From positions 64,001-128,000 of the IMG/VR virus record IMGVR_UViG_3300047510_001668: 64,000 nt of DNA. The stretch is one strand, 5' to 3'. This document shows positions 54,141 through 63,583 of this stretch, piece by piece. The translations under genes and the position numbers were made by a program. The notes under the pieces are model-generated. The model saw only the letters and a program-made list of their open reading frames with translations. It ran no database searches and had not been told where the DNA came from. The first letter of the stretch is position 1. The number at the start of each line of letters is the position of its first letter. Source of the DNA: a virus.

Positions 54141-54458
54141 TTATCCTCGTATTACTCGGTTCAACTTGCTTTCAATTTTAGATTTTTCATTCACACCGAA
54201 AGCAAATTCACGTTTCTTTCCCTGCTTATATATCAATAACATGGGAACAGCTTTTGCGCCAGTGAAGTCTTTCACTTCAGGTACTTCATCAATGTCCACC
54301 TTGTAGAAGGGGACTGGCGATGTTTCAGCCAGTTCCCCAATTACAGGTAACATCTGTTGACAAGGCACACACCATGTGGCATATAAATCCACCACCACAA
54401 CATCATGTTCTGTGATAGCCTGTTCCAATTCAGCAATGGTGTGTAGACTTTTCATCAT
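54141..54458 (-). CDS. thioredoxin
   Basis: LYATWCVPC. Confidence 0.9.
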   Translation of the reverse strand: MMKSLHTIAELEQAITEHDVVVVDLYATWCVPCQQMLPVIGELAETSPVPFYKVDIDEVPEVKDFTGAKAVPMLLIYKQGKKREFAFGVNEKSKIESKLNRVIRG

Positions 54459-56314
54459 GACACTTCACAACCATTGGCTGAACAGGCAGCTTCACCTTGA
54501 AGGTTGGTTTCATCATTCATTTCTCGCACATCATCCAGATTGATGTTGTGTAGTGTCTTGACAGCTTCTTCATAGGTCACGGCATCAACATCTTCAAATG
54601 GTGCTTGGATGTAGGTGTGGTCGCTGTAAGGCAACACGGACAATGCTGTGAAGTTGTCACGATTCTCCCACATCCAGGCTCCCACTTCATCCCACTCACC
54701 TGGCTTGATGGTGACTGTGGTGGATACATTGTTCTTGTTGGCACCCTTACGATGTCCAGGCTTCACCCATTCCTTCCACACCTTTGATACGCGCTTCAAT
54801 AAATCAAGTGCTGTTTCTTGACGAGTGACAGCTCCTGCAGGTGCCTGTTGTGGCACTTCAATCACAGCCTGAATGTTTGGCTTGAAATATTCATCCGTGA
54901 CCAGTTCAGGATGATTGTTCACCAGATAGTTGTAGATGCTTTCATTCTTACCCACACGAATTCTACGAATGTAGAAATCATTGTGCCAGGCGTGAATGCC
55001 TGAGGAGGTTCCCAACACCAATGAACTGGTGCCTTCAGGCTTCACTGTGGTGCAACGTGCTGCTGGGTTCGTACCAATTAAAGCTGCTACACGTTGATTC
55101 TCTTCCTTCACCAGGTTGGCTGCTTCCTTCATGTCCAATTTCAATACGCCACCCGATGCAATCCCCGTCATTGAAACGCCAATCAAGGCTTCCTTCTCCG
55201 TGGTTCTCTTCCATACATCCCTCAAATAATGAAAGTTGGTGTAACTGGCTTGTAGTGTGCCAATGAATGCTGCCGCCTTGGCACGTGCATTTAAATCTTC
55301 TTGTGATTCCACATCACCCGCATGAATGGTGGTCAAGTTACAGAATTGGAAGGGACGAAGTGAAATTTCTGCACAAGGATTCATGCCCCAATCCTTATCA
55401 TTGGTGAAGAAGAAGCCAGGTTCACCTGAGCCTGAAGCCTCAATCTTCTTCCACAACTCCATGAATGTTTCTTCTTCCACCTTGGACCGAACAATCACGG
55501 CTGAGTTGTTGGCACGACCACGTTGTGAATTTTGTTCCCACCAGTTGCCGAACTTACAGGTCAGCATGTCATCATCATCAATGTCAAACAATGAAATCAT
55601 GGCTGACCGACGAATGCCACCTGCCAACACAGCATCAGCAATGTAGCACAGAATGTCATGCACTTCCAAAGAGGTGAGTTGTTCACCATTGTGCTTTCTG
55701 TCCAGAATCTTCTGAACATTGTGGAGGCAATCCTTCAATGGTTCAGGACCAGGTGCCTTGCCACCTGATGTGATGAGAGGCGCACCCTTCTCACGAACAT
55801 CAGAGAAATCATACACAGGCATGGCCTTGCCCTTCATGTATGCAGTCATCAACACCTTGACAGCATCTGCCCATCCTTCAATGCTATCTCCTACAAGATA
55901 GCGACGATTCTTCACAGGCTTGTTGATTTCAGGAAGTTTTTCCACGTGATGTTGTTGCACAGAATATCCCACACCTGTACCTGACAACAACAGGAACATT
56001 ACTTCACTGAAGGCATCCACGTGATCCACAGGTAGGAAACAACAATTATACAAACGAGCATTGTTGATGGCAATAGGCTTCCCAGCAAACTGCAAACTGC
56101 GCATGGAAGGGAGAATCTTCTTGTCATAGACAAATTGATAGGCATCAGTGATGTCTTGTGCCAGATGAGGATACTTCTCCAGATGCATCTGCTTGTTTCT
56201 GTCAACTAGTTCCTTCCAGTTTTCACGACGACCAAGCTCAGGGATGAACTTGGCATATTTCATGAACACGGTGATGTCACTTAAAATCTTGGCGGGCAAT
56301 TCCATCTTACTCAT
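54455..56314 (-). CDS. nrdJ: class II (B12-dependent) monomeric ribonucleotide reductase
   Basis: YNCCF, GTGVGYS, IRRSAMI, NPCAEI, FCNLT, TVKPEGT; no beta subunit nearby. Confidence 0.92.
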   Translation of the reverse strand: MSKMELPAKILSDITVFMKYAKFIPELGRRENWKELVDRNKQMHLEKYPHLAQDITDAYQFVYDKKILPSMRSLQFAGKPIAINNARLYNCCFLPVDHVDAFSEVMFLLLSGTGVGYSVQQHHVEKLPEINKPVKNRRYLVGDSIEGWADAVKVLMTAYMKGKAMPVYDFSDVREKGAPLITSGGKAPGPEPLKDCLHNVQKILDRKHNGEQLTSLEVHDILCYIADAVLAGGIRRSAMISLFDIDDDDMLTCKFGNWWEQNSQRGRANNSAVIVRSKVEEETFMELWKKIEASGSGEPGFFFTNDKDWGMNPCAEISLRPFQFCNLTTIHAGDVESQEDLNARAKAAAFIGTLQASYTNFHYLRDVWKRTTEKEALIGVSMTGIASGGVLKLDMKEAANLVKEENQRVAALIGTNPAARCTTVKPEGTSSLVLGTSSGIHAWHNDFYIRRIRVGKNESIYNYLVNNHPELVTDEYFKPNIQAVIEVPQQAPAGAVTRQETALDLLKRVSKVWKEWVKPGHRKGANKNNVSTTVTIKPGEWDEVGAWMWENRDNFTALSVLPYSDHTYIQAPFEDVDAVTYEEAVKTLHNINLDDVREMNDETNLQGEAACSANGCEVS

Positions 56315-56709
56315 TGGGCGGGTTCCTGGAGCTGTAATGCTCGGTGAATGTTGGGTGGGAAATAGGTATCAGGCTTTAGAATCTTACCATCATCTCGACG
56401 AACAACTTTACCTTCCACAGTCTTGCTCATGTTCGAGGCGGTGATTTCTTGCCATACAGGACCCATAGGAATTCCTAATGAGTTGCATAGACCGAGAATC
56501 ACCCAAATTAAATCGCCACAAGCATCTGCTGTTTCTACTATGTCCTGGTTTTCAAATCCTTGTTCTAGTTCTTCCATCTCCTCTCGAATAAGATTCAAGT
56601 ACAGGACAGCTTGTTTGTAATTATCGGTGAAACTGGGTCTATCTTTCACTTCTTGACCACAGGCTTCCATGAAAATTCTTACGTTACTTTGCATCGGTTT
56701 CAGTCTCAT
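56311..56709 (-). CDS. MazG-like/PRA-PH nucleotide pyrophosphohydrolase
   Basis: LIREE..EL, DACGDL, SNMSK, DGKILKP. Confidence 0.88.
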   Translation of the reverse strand: MRLKPMQSNVRIFMEACGQEVKDRPSFTDNYKQAVLYLNLIREEMEELEQGFENQDIVETADACGDLIWVILGLCNSLGIPMGPVWQEITASNMSKTVEGKVVRRDDGKILKPDTYFPPNIHRALQLQEPAQ

Positions 56710-57385
56710 TATGTGAAAAGTTATTTATCAATGGGAAAATTTCAGAGATGACCTTGGCGCACTCCAAGGCAATAATTCGGTGTTCCTTCTGTGTTGCCTT
56801 GTCGGAACGTATATCTATATAGTGAATCCAACTTCTCAAGGTGCCGTTCATGTACATACGGGACGTGGTAAGGCCTTCAGGAAGCACAGCACGTGCCACT
56901 TCTTTGGCAATACCGTTATTGATGGCCCAACTATAGGCAAACTTGGATTGACGAATCACATCTTGTTGAATGCGAACCCATTCCTTTTGCAGTTCCAGGT
57001 CCTGGGTTTCAATGCTGTTCTGCCGATTCTTCTGGTCTTGAAGGCGGGCCTCACGATATTCAAATGACAAATCTTTCACAGGGTCAGCATATCGTTGACT
57101 GAATTCCTGAAAGCTGAAACTCCGATGCCGAAGAATCTGCCGAGCAATGTCTCGGGTGGTTTCAATCTCCAAACAAATGTTCACCATCTCGAAGGGACTC
57201 CAGTGCTTCCACTTCACAAGATAGCTGATGAGCTTGTCTGCCGTTTCGGTGTTGTACTGATTGCTGGGATTGCTGACCCGAGCACAAAATGCCACCAGGT
57301 CATTCATCTCTGCCACGTTGTCCATGTCATCGGCACACGCAATGGTGTGCGAAATCAAACGTACTTTCATTAACAATTTCTCCAT
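56684..57385 (-). CDS. thyX: FAD-dependent thymidylate synthase
   Basis: HWSPFE, RHRSFSFQEFSQRY, EVARAVLP, QKEHR. Confidence 0.95.
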   Translation of the reverse strand: MEKLLMKVRLISHTIACADDMDNVAEMNDLVAFCARVSNPSNQYNTETADKLISYLVKWKHWSPFEMVNICLEIETTRDIARQILRHRSFSFQEFSQRYADPVKDLSFEYREARLQDQKNRQNSIETQDLELQKEWVRIQQDVIRQSKFAYSWAINNGIAKEVARAVLPEGLTTSRMYMNGTLRSWIHYIDIRSDKATQKEHRIIALECAKVISEIFPLINNFSHNETETDAK

Positions 57386-58383
57386 TCTGTAAATTTCAAT
57401 TGCGCCATGAGTCCTTGGTATGTATGCTCACGAATGATGTGTTGAACATCCTTTCCAGCTTCCACAAACTCATTGATGTCTTTTTCATGATACCCACAAG
57501 GCCAAATGACCACTTGGTAATTAAGTTTGATGTACTTCTCGACAATTCTACACACCTCAATGTTTCGTGGTTGATTATCAAACACAATGGTGATGAGTTC
57601 TTTCGGCAGATTCAAAGTTTCAATTTTACTGAACCCTGTGCCTGCACATGCCAAAGAATTATTTAGAAATAAACTATCTATGGGCCCTTCCACAATGGTG
57701 ATGGGACGAGTCCTATCAATGGTGTTGATACCAAACATCAATGGAGCATCTTCTTGCAACTTAATCATGATGTATCGAAGTGATTCACCACGAAGACCTC
57801 GCATTGTCACTCCCGTGAGTTCACCGGCTTCATCATAAAACGGGAGCAACAACCGAGGTTCTTCAGTACGAATAGTATCATATTCAGGAGCAATCTTCTT
57901 GATGTCCTTCACTGAAGGAATATAATACAATTCTTGATATTTGTCAACTGGAATCTTTCTGGACACACAATATCTCACTGCCTCGTTGTCCACATCACAT
58001 TTGTCCAACCGAACAGCCACCTGATCCAACAGGGACTTGGGTTTAAATACAGGAGCTTCAAATGTCAGGAATTCTTCGGCATCTTTATGTGCCTTGGGTC
58101 CGTTCTCACCTTTGCTGTAGCGTTCAAACACATATTGCTGATAGGTATGAGCATCAAAGTTTTTCAGGAATGTCCCGAAATGTTGGCTGGCATCACAGTT
58201 ATGGCACTTGTAGTACATATCATTCTTCTGCCGATAGAAATAGCCACGTGCCTTTTTCTTGTTGGTCTTGGAATCACCGCAGATGATGCAACGACAATTC
58301 CACAAGTCTGCCTTTTTCTTGGCAAACAAGGGAAGTCTGTGACCAATCATGTTCAGATATTTTGTGTCAATAAAATAGGACAT
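57370..58383 (-). CDS. gp61: DNA primase gp61
   Basis: CRCIICGDS, YKCHNC, VEGPIDS, FDNQPRN, KDIN. Confidence 0.95.
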   Translation of the reverse strand: MSYFIDTKYLNMIGHRLPLFAKKKADLWNCRCIICGDSKTNKKKARGYFYRQKNDMYYKCHNCDASQHFGTFLKNFDAHTYQQYVFERYSKGENGPKAHKDAEEFLTFEAPVFKPKSLLDQVAVRLDKCDVDNEAVRYCVSRKIPVDKYQELYYIPSVKDIKKIAPEYDTIRTEEPRLLLPFYDEAGELTGVTMRGLRGESLRYIMIKLQEDAPLMFGINTIDRTRPITIVEGPIDSLFLNNSLACAGTGFSKIETLNLPKELITIVFDNQPRNIEVCRIVEKYIKLNYQVVIWPCGYHEKDINEFVEAGKDVQHIIREHTYQGLMAQLKFTEWRNC

Positions 58384-58403
58384 CGTGTTTCCTCCTGTCT
58401 TGG

Positions 58404-58432
58404 AAGATACACGATGACACCATATTTGTCAA
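58404..58432 (-). promoter_or_regulatory. early promoter for primase block
   Basis: TTGACA-17-TATCTT. Confidence 0.65.
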
Positions 58433-58444
58433 GTTTTATTGGTG

Positions 58445-58933
58445 TTACTTCAGAAATTCACCCAGGATTTCATGAGAGATGGCACCCAACACCACACTAC
58501 CGCCCATGATGAGCCATTTCCATCGTTCCAGGTCCACCACTCTCTTTTCCAGTTCAGTCTGTTGTTCTGACATGGCTTTGGTTTCTTCTGTGATGCATTT
58601 CTTGATTTCAGAAGTGCCATAGGTCATGGCAGTCATCAATCGTTGTTCTGTTTCTGTCAGGTCATCGGACATCTCACGACTGACCGTGGTGATACGGGAA
58701 TGCAACTCTTTGATATCACCTTGGATTTCCTGCCGGCGTCTTTCCACCAATGAGAACAACTCCTCGTCTATGTCATCCTGTTTGGACAACCGTTCTTCAT
58801 GAACAGCCAACATCTTGGCAATGTTGTTGGACACATCACCCATTTTTTCAATGGCAGCATCCAAGCGTGAAAAGAGCGATGCCATTCTGTTGACATCACT
58901 CTTTAACACTGCCACTTCTGTTTCCAGATTCAT
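58445..58933 (-). CDS. coiled-coil protein with C-terminal TM
   Basis: MLAVHEERL, LERWKWLIMGG. Confidence 0.7.
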   Translation of the reverse strand: MNLETEVAVLKSDVNRMASLFSRLDAAIEKMGDVSNNIAKMLAVHEERLSKQDDIDEELFSLVERRRQEIQGDIKELHSRITTVSREMSDDLTETEQRLMTAMTYGTSEIKKCITEETKAMSEQQTELEKRVVDLERWKWLIMGGSVVLGAISHEILGEFLK

Positions 58934-58936
58934 CTA

Positions 58937-59173
58937 TTACTTGGTCTTCTTGACCTTACCGCCATACTTCTTTTTCACCTTCTTCACTTCTTTTTGCACT
59001 TCGGCTACGGCGGCCATGGCATCTTTCATGTCCACTTTGCCATCATTGTTCACATCAGCCACATCTTTGGCCTTTTCTGTCATGGCTTTCAAGGTGATGG
59101 GAGCATCTTCTTCACGGAAGATGAACCAGTAGGCACCTACCAAAACGGCTGCGAGTAGTACAATCCAAATCAT
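58937..59173 (-). CDS. single-TM protein with EF-hand/dockerin-like loop
   Basis: N-terminal TM; ADVNNDGKVDMKD. Confidence 0.7.
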   Translation of the reverse strand: MIWIVLLAAVLVGAYWFIFREEDAPITLKAMTEKAKDVADVNNDGKVDMKDAMAAVAEVQKEVKKVKKKYGGKVKKTK

Positions 59174-59223
59174 ATGTTATCTCCTTGTTTTATCTTTTTC
59201 GCTCCCGGCGAATACTATGATGT

Positions 59224-59376
59224 TCACTTCTTTTTCTTCTTTTTCATCACCGGCTTTCTACGAAACATCTTGAACTTCATCACGGGATCATACTTGGCAA
59301 TGGCGCCACTTCCCATGTTGTTGGCTGGAACTTCTTCTTGCACTTCAGCTTCAACAAATTCTTTGAACTTTTTCAT
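59224..59376 (-). CDS. 50-aa internal-protein-like peptide (not in track)
   Basis: MKKFKEFVEAEVQEEVPANNMGSGAIA...KKKKKK; T4 IP-type capsid targeting start. Confidence 0.7.
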   Translation of the reverse strand: MKKFKEFVEAEVQEEVPANNMGSGAIAKYDPVMKFKMFRRKPVMKKKKKK

Positions 59377-59753
59377 ATCTTTCTCAACTTGTTGATGACA
59401 TTGACATCCAACTCAATGTCAGTTTCGTTTATTTGTTTGCTTATTTGAAAACGTTCAGGTAGATAATTCAAATACACCAGAAACGTTTTGATTTCAGGCC
59501 AGAACTCCATTTCAAACTTCAAAAACAACATGGGAACCAGAGCAACACCAAACACATTGTGTAACAAAATCAAATGGTTCAACACCAAACGTTCACTCAA
59601 TGTTCCGGATTTCTTGTACCGTTTCAACAATCGTTTGATGTACTTGAAACGCTTCAAGTCTCCATCAAATTCTTTGATGCTGGTGCAAGAAGGATTGTTA
59701 TAATGTTGTGCTGCATATAATAAAAATGTATCCTGCGTCAAATCAATAGGCAT
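59373..59753 (-). CDS. conserved T4-like hypothetical protein
   Basis: FLLYAAQHYNNP.C....EF..DLKRFKYIKRLL, RLVLNH. Confidence 0.8.
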   Translation of the reverse strand: MPIDLTQDTFLLYAAQHYNNPSCTSIKEFDGDLKRFKYIKRLLKRYKKSGTLSERLVLNHLILLHNVFGVALVPMLFLKFEMEFWPEIKTFLVYLNYLPERFQISKQINETDIELDVNVINKLRKI

Positions 59754-59756
59754 AGT

Positions 59757-60209
59757 TTAGAAATTTACGGCTGCTGAGCCTCCAATAACCCACCAGTCGC
59801 TGTTGTACCAAAGAAGAATAAGTGTTTGTCCCATTTCTGTGAATACGGCACTTGTTACACCTTTGATGTTTGATGTGATGGATGATGTGCCGCCTGCAGA
59901 TGTACACAGGATGAATTTGATTTGACCTGTGTATGTGCCATCAACAATGGATAGAGCATTCACACCACCTGTATTACTTATAAGGGTAAACAATGATGTT
60001 GCATTGATGGTGCCAGCATTGGCAATCACTTGTGGGCTTTCAACATCCAGTGCCAACAATCCTCCAAATTGTATCAAGGTGCTTGGAAGATTGGCTAATA
60101 ATGTGGACATGCTAAGTTTCTTATCTGTGTTGGATTGCACCAGATAGAGCACGTCCGCCGGATTGACGGACGCGGCTGCGGTCAAATCAGTTACTTTGCT
60201 ATCAGCCAT
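59757..60209 (-). CDS. virion structural protein (beta-rich)
   Basis: KVTDLTAA, DGTYTGQIK, LLWYNSDW. Confidence 0.6.
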   Translation of the reverse strand: MADSKVTDLTAAASVNPADVLYLVQSNTDKKLSMSTLLANLPSTLIQFGGLLALDVESPQVIANAGTINATSLFTLISNTGGVNALSIVDGTYTGQIKFILCTSAGGTSSITSNIKGVTSAVFTEMGQTLILLWYNSDWWVIGGSAAVNF

Positions 60210-60215
60210 GATTTA

Positions 60216-61052
60216 TTATACTGAAGGTGAAGGTGTTACTGAAGGTGTTACTGAAGGTGTCACACTGATTGAAGGTGTCACGCTAGGTGTTACTGAAGGC
60301 GTGACTGAAGGTGTGACTGAAGGTGTTGGTGATTCTGGGAAATAGGTGTCATCGGCAGCGTCATCTGTAATATCAGCAAGAGCCACCAATGTCTCATAAC
60401 GCTTTCTTTCCACCACACCATTCACTTGGAATGTCAAGTTGGCTGCCCCGCCACTGCCAAGAAGAGCATCTGTTACTGTGATGGTGTCATTGTCCGCATG
60501 TCCTGCACCTGTTTGCACAATTTCAATGGAAGCTGCACCAGCAGCTGATACTGTGATACGGAACATGTGTCCTGTGCCAGAACCTGATGTGGTTCCTTCC
60601 ACAAGATAGATGCCTGCCTTACGTGCTGCATCAGCAGCACCAATGGTATCCACAGCAGCAATGGCACCAGTCTTTACAGATTGACGATGTGTCCATCCTA
60701 TTTGTGCTGGACCGTCTGTGTCTAACATTTCAAACTTGTCAACACCAAACACAGTCTTAGTGTCTGTTCCATTGGAAAAGCCGTAACGTAAGAACTTTGG
60801 CTTTTCACTTAAGGTGTAGTTAGTGCCACCGCCTACTATAGAAATGCTATCACCTGCACGTGCAGCAATCACAGTACATGCTGTGTTGGATGCAATTGCT
60901 GTGATGACAAATTCTTGGCTTCCTGCTAGTAGAAAATCACCCACACGTGCTTCTGTGGTGAAAGCTGTACCTGTTCCGGTGACAGCACCACCTGTGGTGA
61001 TGGCTACAGTTCCTGTTGACGTTTTATCGTCTTTAATACCCCAACCTGACAT
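60216..61052 (-). CDS. virion structural protein with PSVT tail
   Basis: MSGWG start, TVFGVD, RYETLVA; C-terminal PSVT repeats (12-bp units ~60220-60330). Confidence 0.65.
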   Translation of the reverse strand: MSGWGIKDDKTSTGTVAITTGGAVTGTGTAFTTEARVGDFLLAGSQEFVITAIASNTACTVIAARAGDSISIVGGGTNYTLSEKPKFLRYGFSNGTDTKTVFGVDKFEMLDTDGPAQIGWTHRQSVKTGAIAAVDTIGAADAARKAGIYLVEGTTSGSGTGHMFRITVSAAGAASIEIVQTGAGHADNDTITVTDALLGSGGAANLTFQVNGVVERKRYETLVALADITDDAADDTYFPESPTPSVTPSVTPSVTPSVTPSISVTPSVTPSVTPSPSV

Positions 61053-61054
61053 GG

Positions 61055-61639
61055 TTATTCTCCTGAATTATAGAGTTGTTCGACTGTATTGAAAAATTCT
61101 TTAACGTTTTCTTTGGGAAGGTCTGCGACGCTGGACACATTGAAAGTTTTCAATGTTTCTAGAAATGCCTTTTCGTATGATTCAGAAGTCACAACAGGTT
61201 GAACCTGTTCTTCCATTCTTCCCTTCAAGTTGTCACGGCGGCGACGAAGTTCCGTCTTGGCGCGTGATGCCAAACGCTTTTCAGCAGGAGAAATCTTTCC
61301 ACCGGCTTTTTTCTTTCTTTCAGCACTTCTGGCAAGGGTGTCCAACATACCTTCTGGTGTACGTTTCAAATCCATTTCTTCTTCAGCAATAGGATTGAAT
61401 TCTTCGAATTTCTTCATGGCAACTCTCTGACGTAAAAGGCGATACATTTGTGGGTCATCGAAAACTAGGTTCATGATTTTTTGTGTGAAATCATAGAACA
61501 CGCGTCGTTGATTAAGTGGTAGAAAAGCGTCTGTGTCAACACCATGTAATGCCATGTTCAACCATGGCAGATATTGCACAGGCATCATTCCCATACGAAC
61601 CAATTGTTCAATTTGTTTGCTGCGTTCGTCTGAGTGCAT
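61055..61639 (-). CDS. late hypothetical protein
   Basis: Start moved to MHSDE after late promoter and AGGTGG RBS. Confidence 0.6.
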   Translation of the reverse strand: MHSDERSKQIEQLVRMGMMPVQYLPWLNMALHGVDTDAFLPLNQRRVFYDFTQKIMNLVFDDPQMYRLLRQRVAMKKFEEFNPIAEEEMDLKRTPEGMLDTLARSAERKKKAGGKISPAEKRLASRAKTELRRRRDNLKGRMEEQVQPVVTSESYEKAFLETLKTFNVSSVADLPKENVKEFFNTVEQLYNSGE

Positions 61640-61665
61640 AATCACCACCTGAAAACGTTCTATAG

Positions 61666-61673
61666 TATTTATA
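61666..61673 (-). promoter_or_regulatory. late promoter TATAAATA
   Basis: Exact consensus. Confidence 0.75.
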
Positions 61674-61736
61674 ATTACTTCAGGCTCGCTTTCAACATCC
61701 AGGCTGAATTTCAAGAGTTCCTGAGTGTTCCTTCTG

Positions 61737-63257
61737 TTAGCAGTTCCATTTTCTGAGAGCTTTATTGATACGAGAGTTCGGGTCATTAGCGGTCTTGGCT
61801 GAAGTCAACCGCTTCTTCATCCCTCCCATTCTGGCACAGAAACTCTTTCTCCGTTTGGCGGCTTTGCTTCCCTTCTTCAATTTGGAAGGCTTGGTGGTCA
61901 CAGCCATGGACAACTTGCTACCAGGGTTGGCACGACGATAGGAGGCGATACCTTTTCTGTTCAATCCACCTTCTGGGTCCTTGCCTTCCTTTCTTTGCCA
62001 AGCTGGTGCGGCTTCATCCAAAGACAATTCTTCATCTGACAAATCCACCAAGGCTTGACGTAGTTTTTCAATCATGCCTGAGTTACGAACCACTTTGAAC
62101 ACCATGTTCTGCAATCCAAATTCACCTGTGGATGATAATCCTGACTTACGCATTCCTGCAATCTTTTCCAACACCAATTTAATCATGTCCACGTTCTTAC
62201 CGGCAATGGCTTCTTGTGCTTCTTTGATGAGACTATCAGCCATGTCACCAATTTCTTTGTGTTCAAATGAAGGGGCTGACATTCTGGGTTCCACCAACCA
62301 GCTGTTGGATTGCAAACTGTATTGTCCTGTTGCCACAAGGTGTTCATTGCTGCCTTGTGCATACACTTCCACAGGATATCCCTTGATGCGAATGTTATGG
62401 CGACGATTGAATTCATCCTTCTTGGCACGAAGCAACTTTTCCACCAGGGTGACATCATGGTATCCGCCAAGACGAACTATCACGTGCAGGTCGAAATCAC
62501 TGAACTTGGTCCAGTTGTAGTTGGCGTTGGATCCTGTCAAGATGATGTCTGTGACTTCCAGATCCACACCCCAAGTTTCCATGAAAGACCTGGCCACCTT
62601 CAACAAGGCTTCACGAACATCAGGCTTCAACACCATGCCATCCCAAGCGGCGGGATTCAATTCAGCATGATAGATGACCGTTTCCTGTTCAATGTTCATG
62701 AATTCTTTCAAGGTGGCCATCTTCTTCTTCAACACAGGAATGTCGGCATTTTCCTGGCCTGGGGTCACTGCCAACATCTTCTTGGTGAGTTCTGGACTGC
62801 CCCATTCATTGTCTTTACCTAGTTCTTCATTTGTTGAGCGCCAACCGCCGCCTTTGCCGCGATACCACTTGGCAGCCCAGCCATTGGCATAGGCACTGGG
62901 GTACACATCAAACTTGGAGCGAGCCAATGCTTTTGCTCGAGCCCAAAGTTTGGGGTTGGTGGGCTTGTTCTTTTCTTGTAGGATTTCTTCTTTCATAGTT
63001 TTCACCATGATGGGTTTGTTGCCTTGACCAGGCTGGTCTTTACCAGGACGACCTGCTGCAGCTTGTGCAGCACGCTTTCTTCTCACGGCAGATTTGATTT
63101 CATCTTTGCTCATGCTAGCTGCTTTAGCAGCAGGCACACACTTGGCATATCCTTTCTTCTTGCCTGAAGTGCCACAGGGCTCATAACTGCCATCTTTTTT
63201 CTTCTTGGCGATGTTCACCCATTTTTCTCGGAACCAGTTACGTAAATCTTCATTCAT
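61737..63257 (-). CDS. multi-domain internal head protein containing a Pol-beta-type nucleotidyltransferase
   Basis: LTGSNANYNW..SDFDLH; internal MATLKEF; basic flanking modules. Confidence 0.75.
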   Translation of the reverse strand: MNEDLRNWFREKWVNIAKKKKDGSYEPCGTSGKKKGYAKCVPAAKAASMSKDEIKSAVRRKRAAQAAAGRPGKDQPGQGNKPIMVKTMKEEILQEKNKPTNPKLWARAKALARSKFDVYPSAYANGWAAKWYRGKGGGWRSTNEELGKDNEWGSPELTKKMLAVTPGQENADIPVLKKKMATLKEFMNIEQETVIYHAELNPAAWDGMVLKPDVREALLKVARSFMETWGVDLEVTDIILTGSNANYNWTKFSDFDLHVIVRLGGYHDVTLVEKLLRAKKDEFNRRHNIRIKGYPVEVYAQGSNEHLVATGQYSLQSNSWLVEPRMSAPSFEHKEIGDMADSLIKEAQEAIAGKNVDMIKLVLEKIAGMRKSGLSSTGEFGLQNMVFKVVRNSGMIEKLRQALVDLSDEELSLDEAAPAWQRKEGKDPEGGLNRKGIASYRRANPGSKLSMAVTTKPSKLKKGSKAAKRRKSFCARMGGMKKRLTSAKTANDPNSRINKALRKWNC

Positions 63258-63583
63258 CAGTAGGTTCTCTTGGATTGAGGAAGTTCTTTACGAATCAATG
63301 ATTTCTTATATATCTTGGCACGTTGCTTAACTAAACGTTCCACAGCAGACTTCTGCGTGTTGGATAATGAGGATTTACGTTTCACACCCACCAACTTATA
63401 CACTTTTCGAAGTGCTTCTTTGTTTAAACGTTTTTGAAAACGCTTGGCACTGGCATTGATTTTTGCTGTAATCTTTTTTCTACGTTCCAATTTCCAACGA
63501 TACTTTTTCATGGTACGTTGTTTCTTGAACCGCCCTTGTGGTGTCAATGCTTCCACCACCAGAAATTCTTTTAGTGTAATCAC
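63257..63583 (-). CDS. basic internal-protein-like
   Basis: MITLKEFLVVEA capsid-targeting-like start; Lys/Arg-rich. Confidence 0.7.
   Translation of the reverse strand: MITLKEFLVVEALTPQGRFKKQRTMKKYRWKLERRKKITAKINASAKRFQKRLNKEALRKVYKLVGVKRKSSLSNTQKSAVERLVKQRAKIYKKSLIRKELPQSKRTY

Noticed and set aside
54455-57385. Self-splicing introns or inteins in nrdJ/thyX
   Set aside because: Both ORFs continuous with normal length
61640-61786. N-terminal extension of the 61055 ORF (similarly extensions for gp32, gp4, phoH, SleB-like, 49790)
   Set aside because: Extensions overlap upstream genes or promoters; internal starts have RBS
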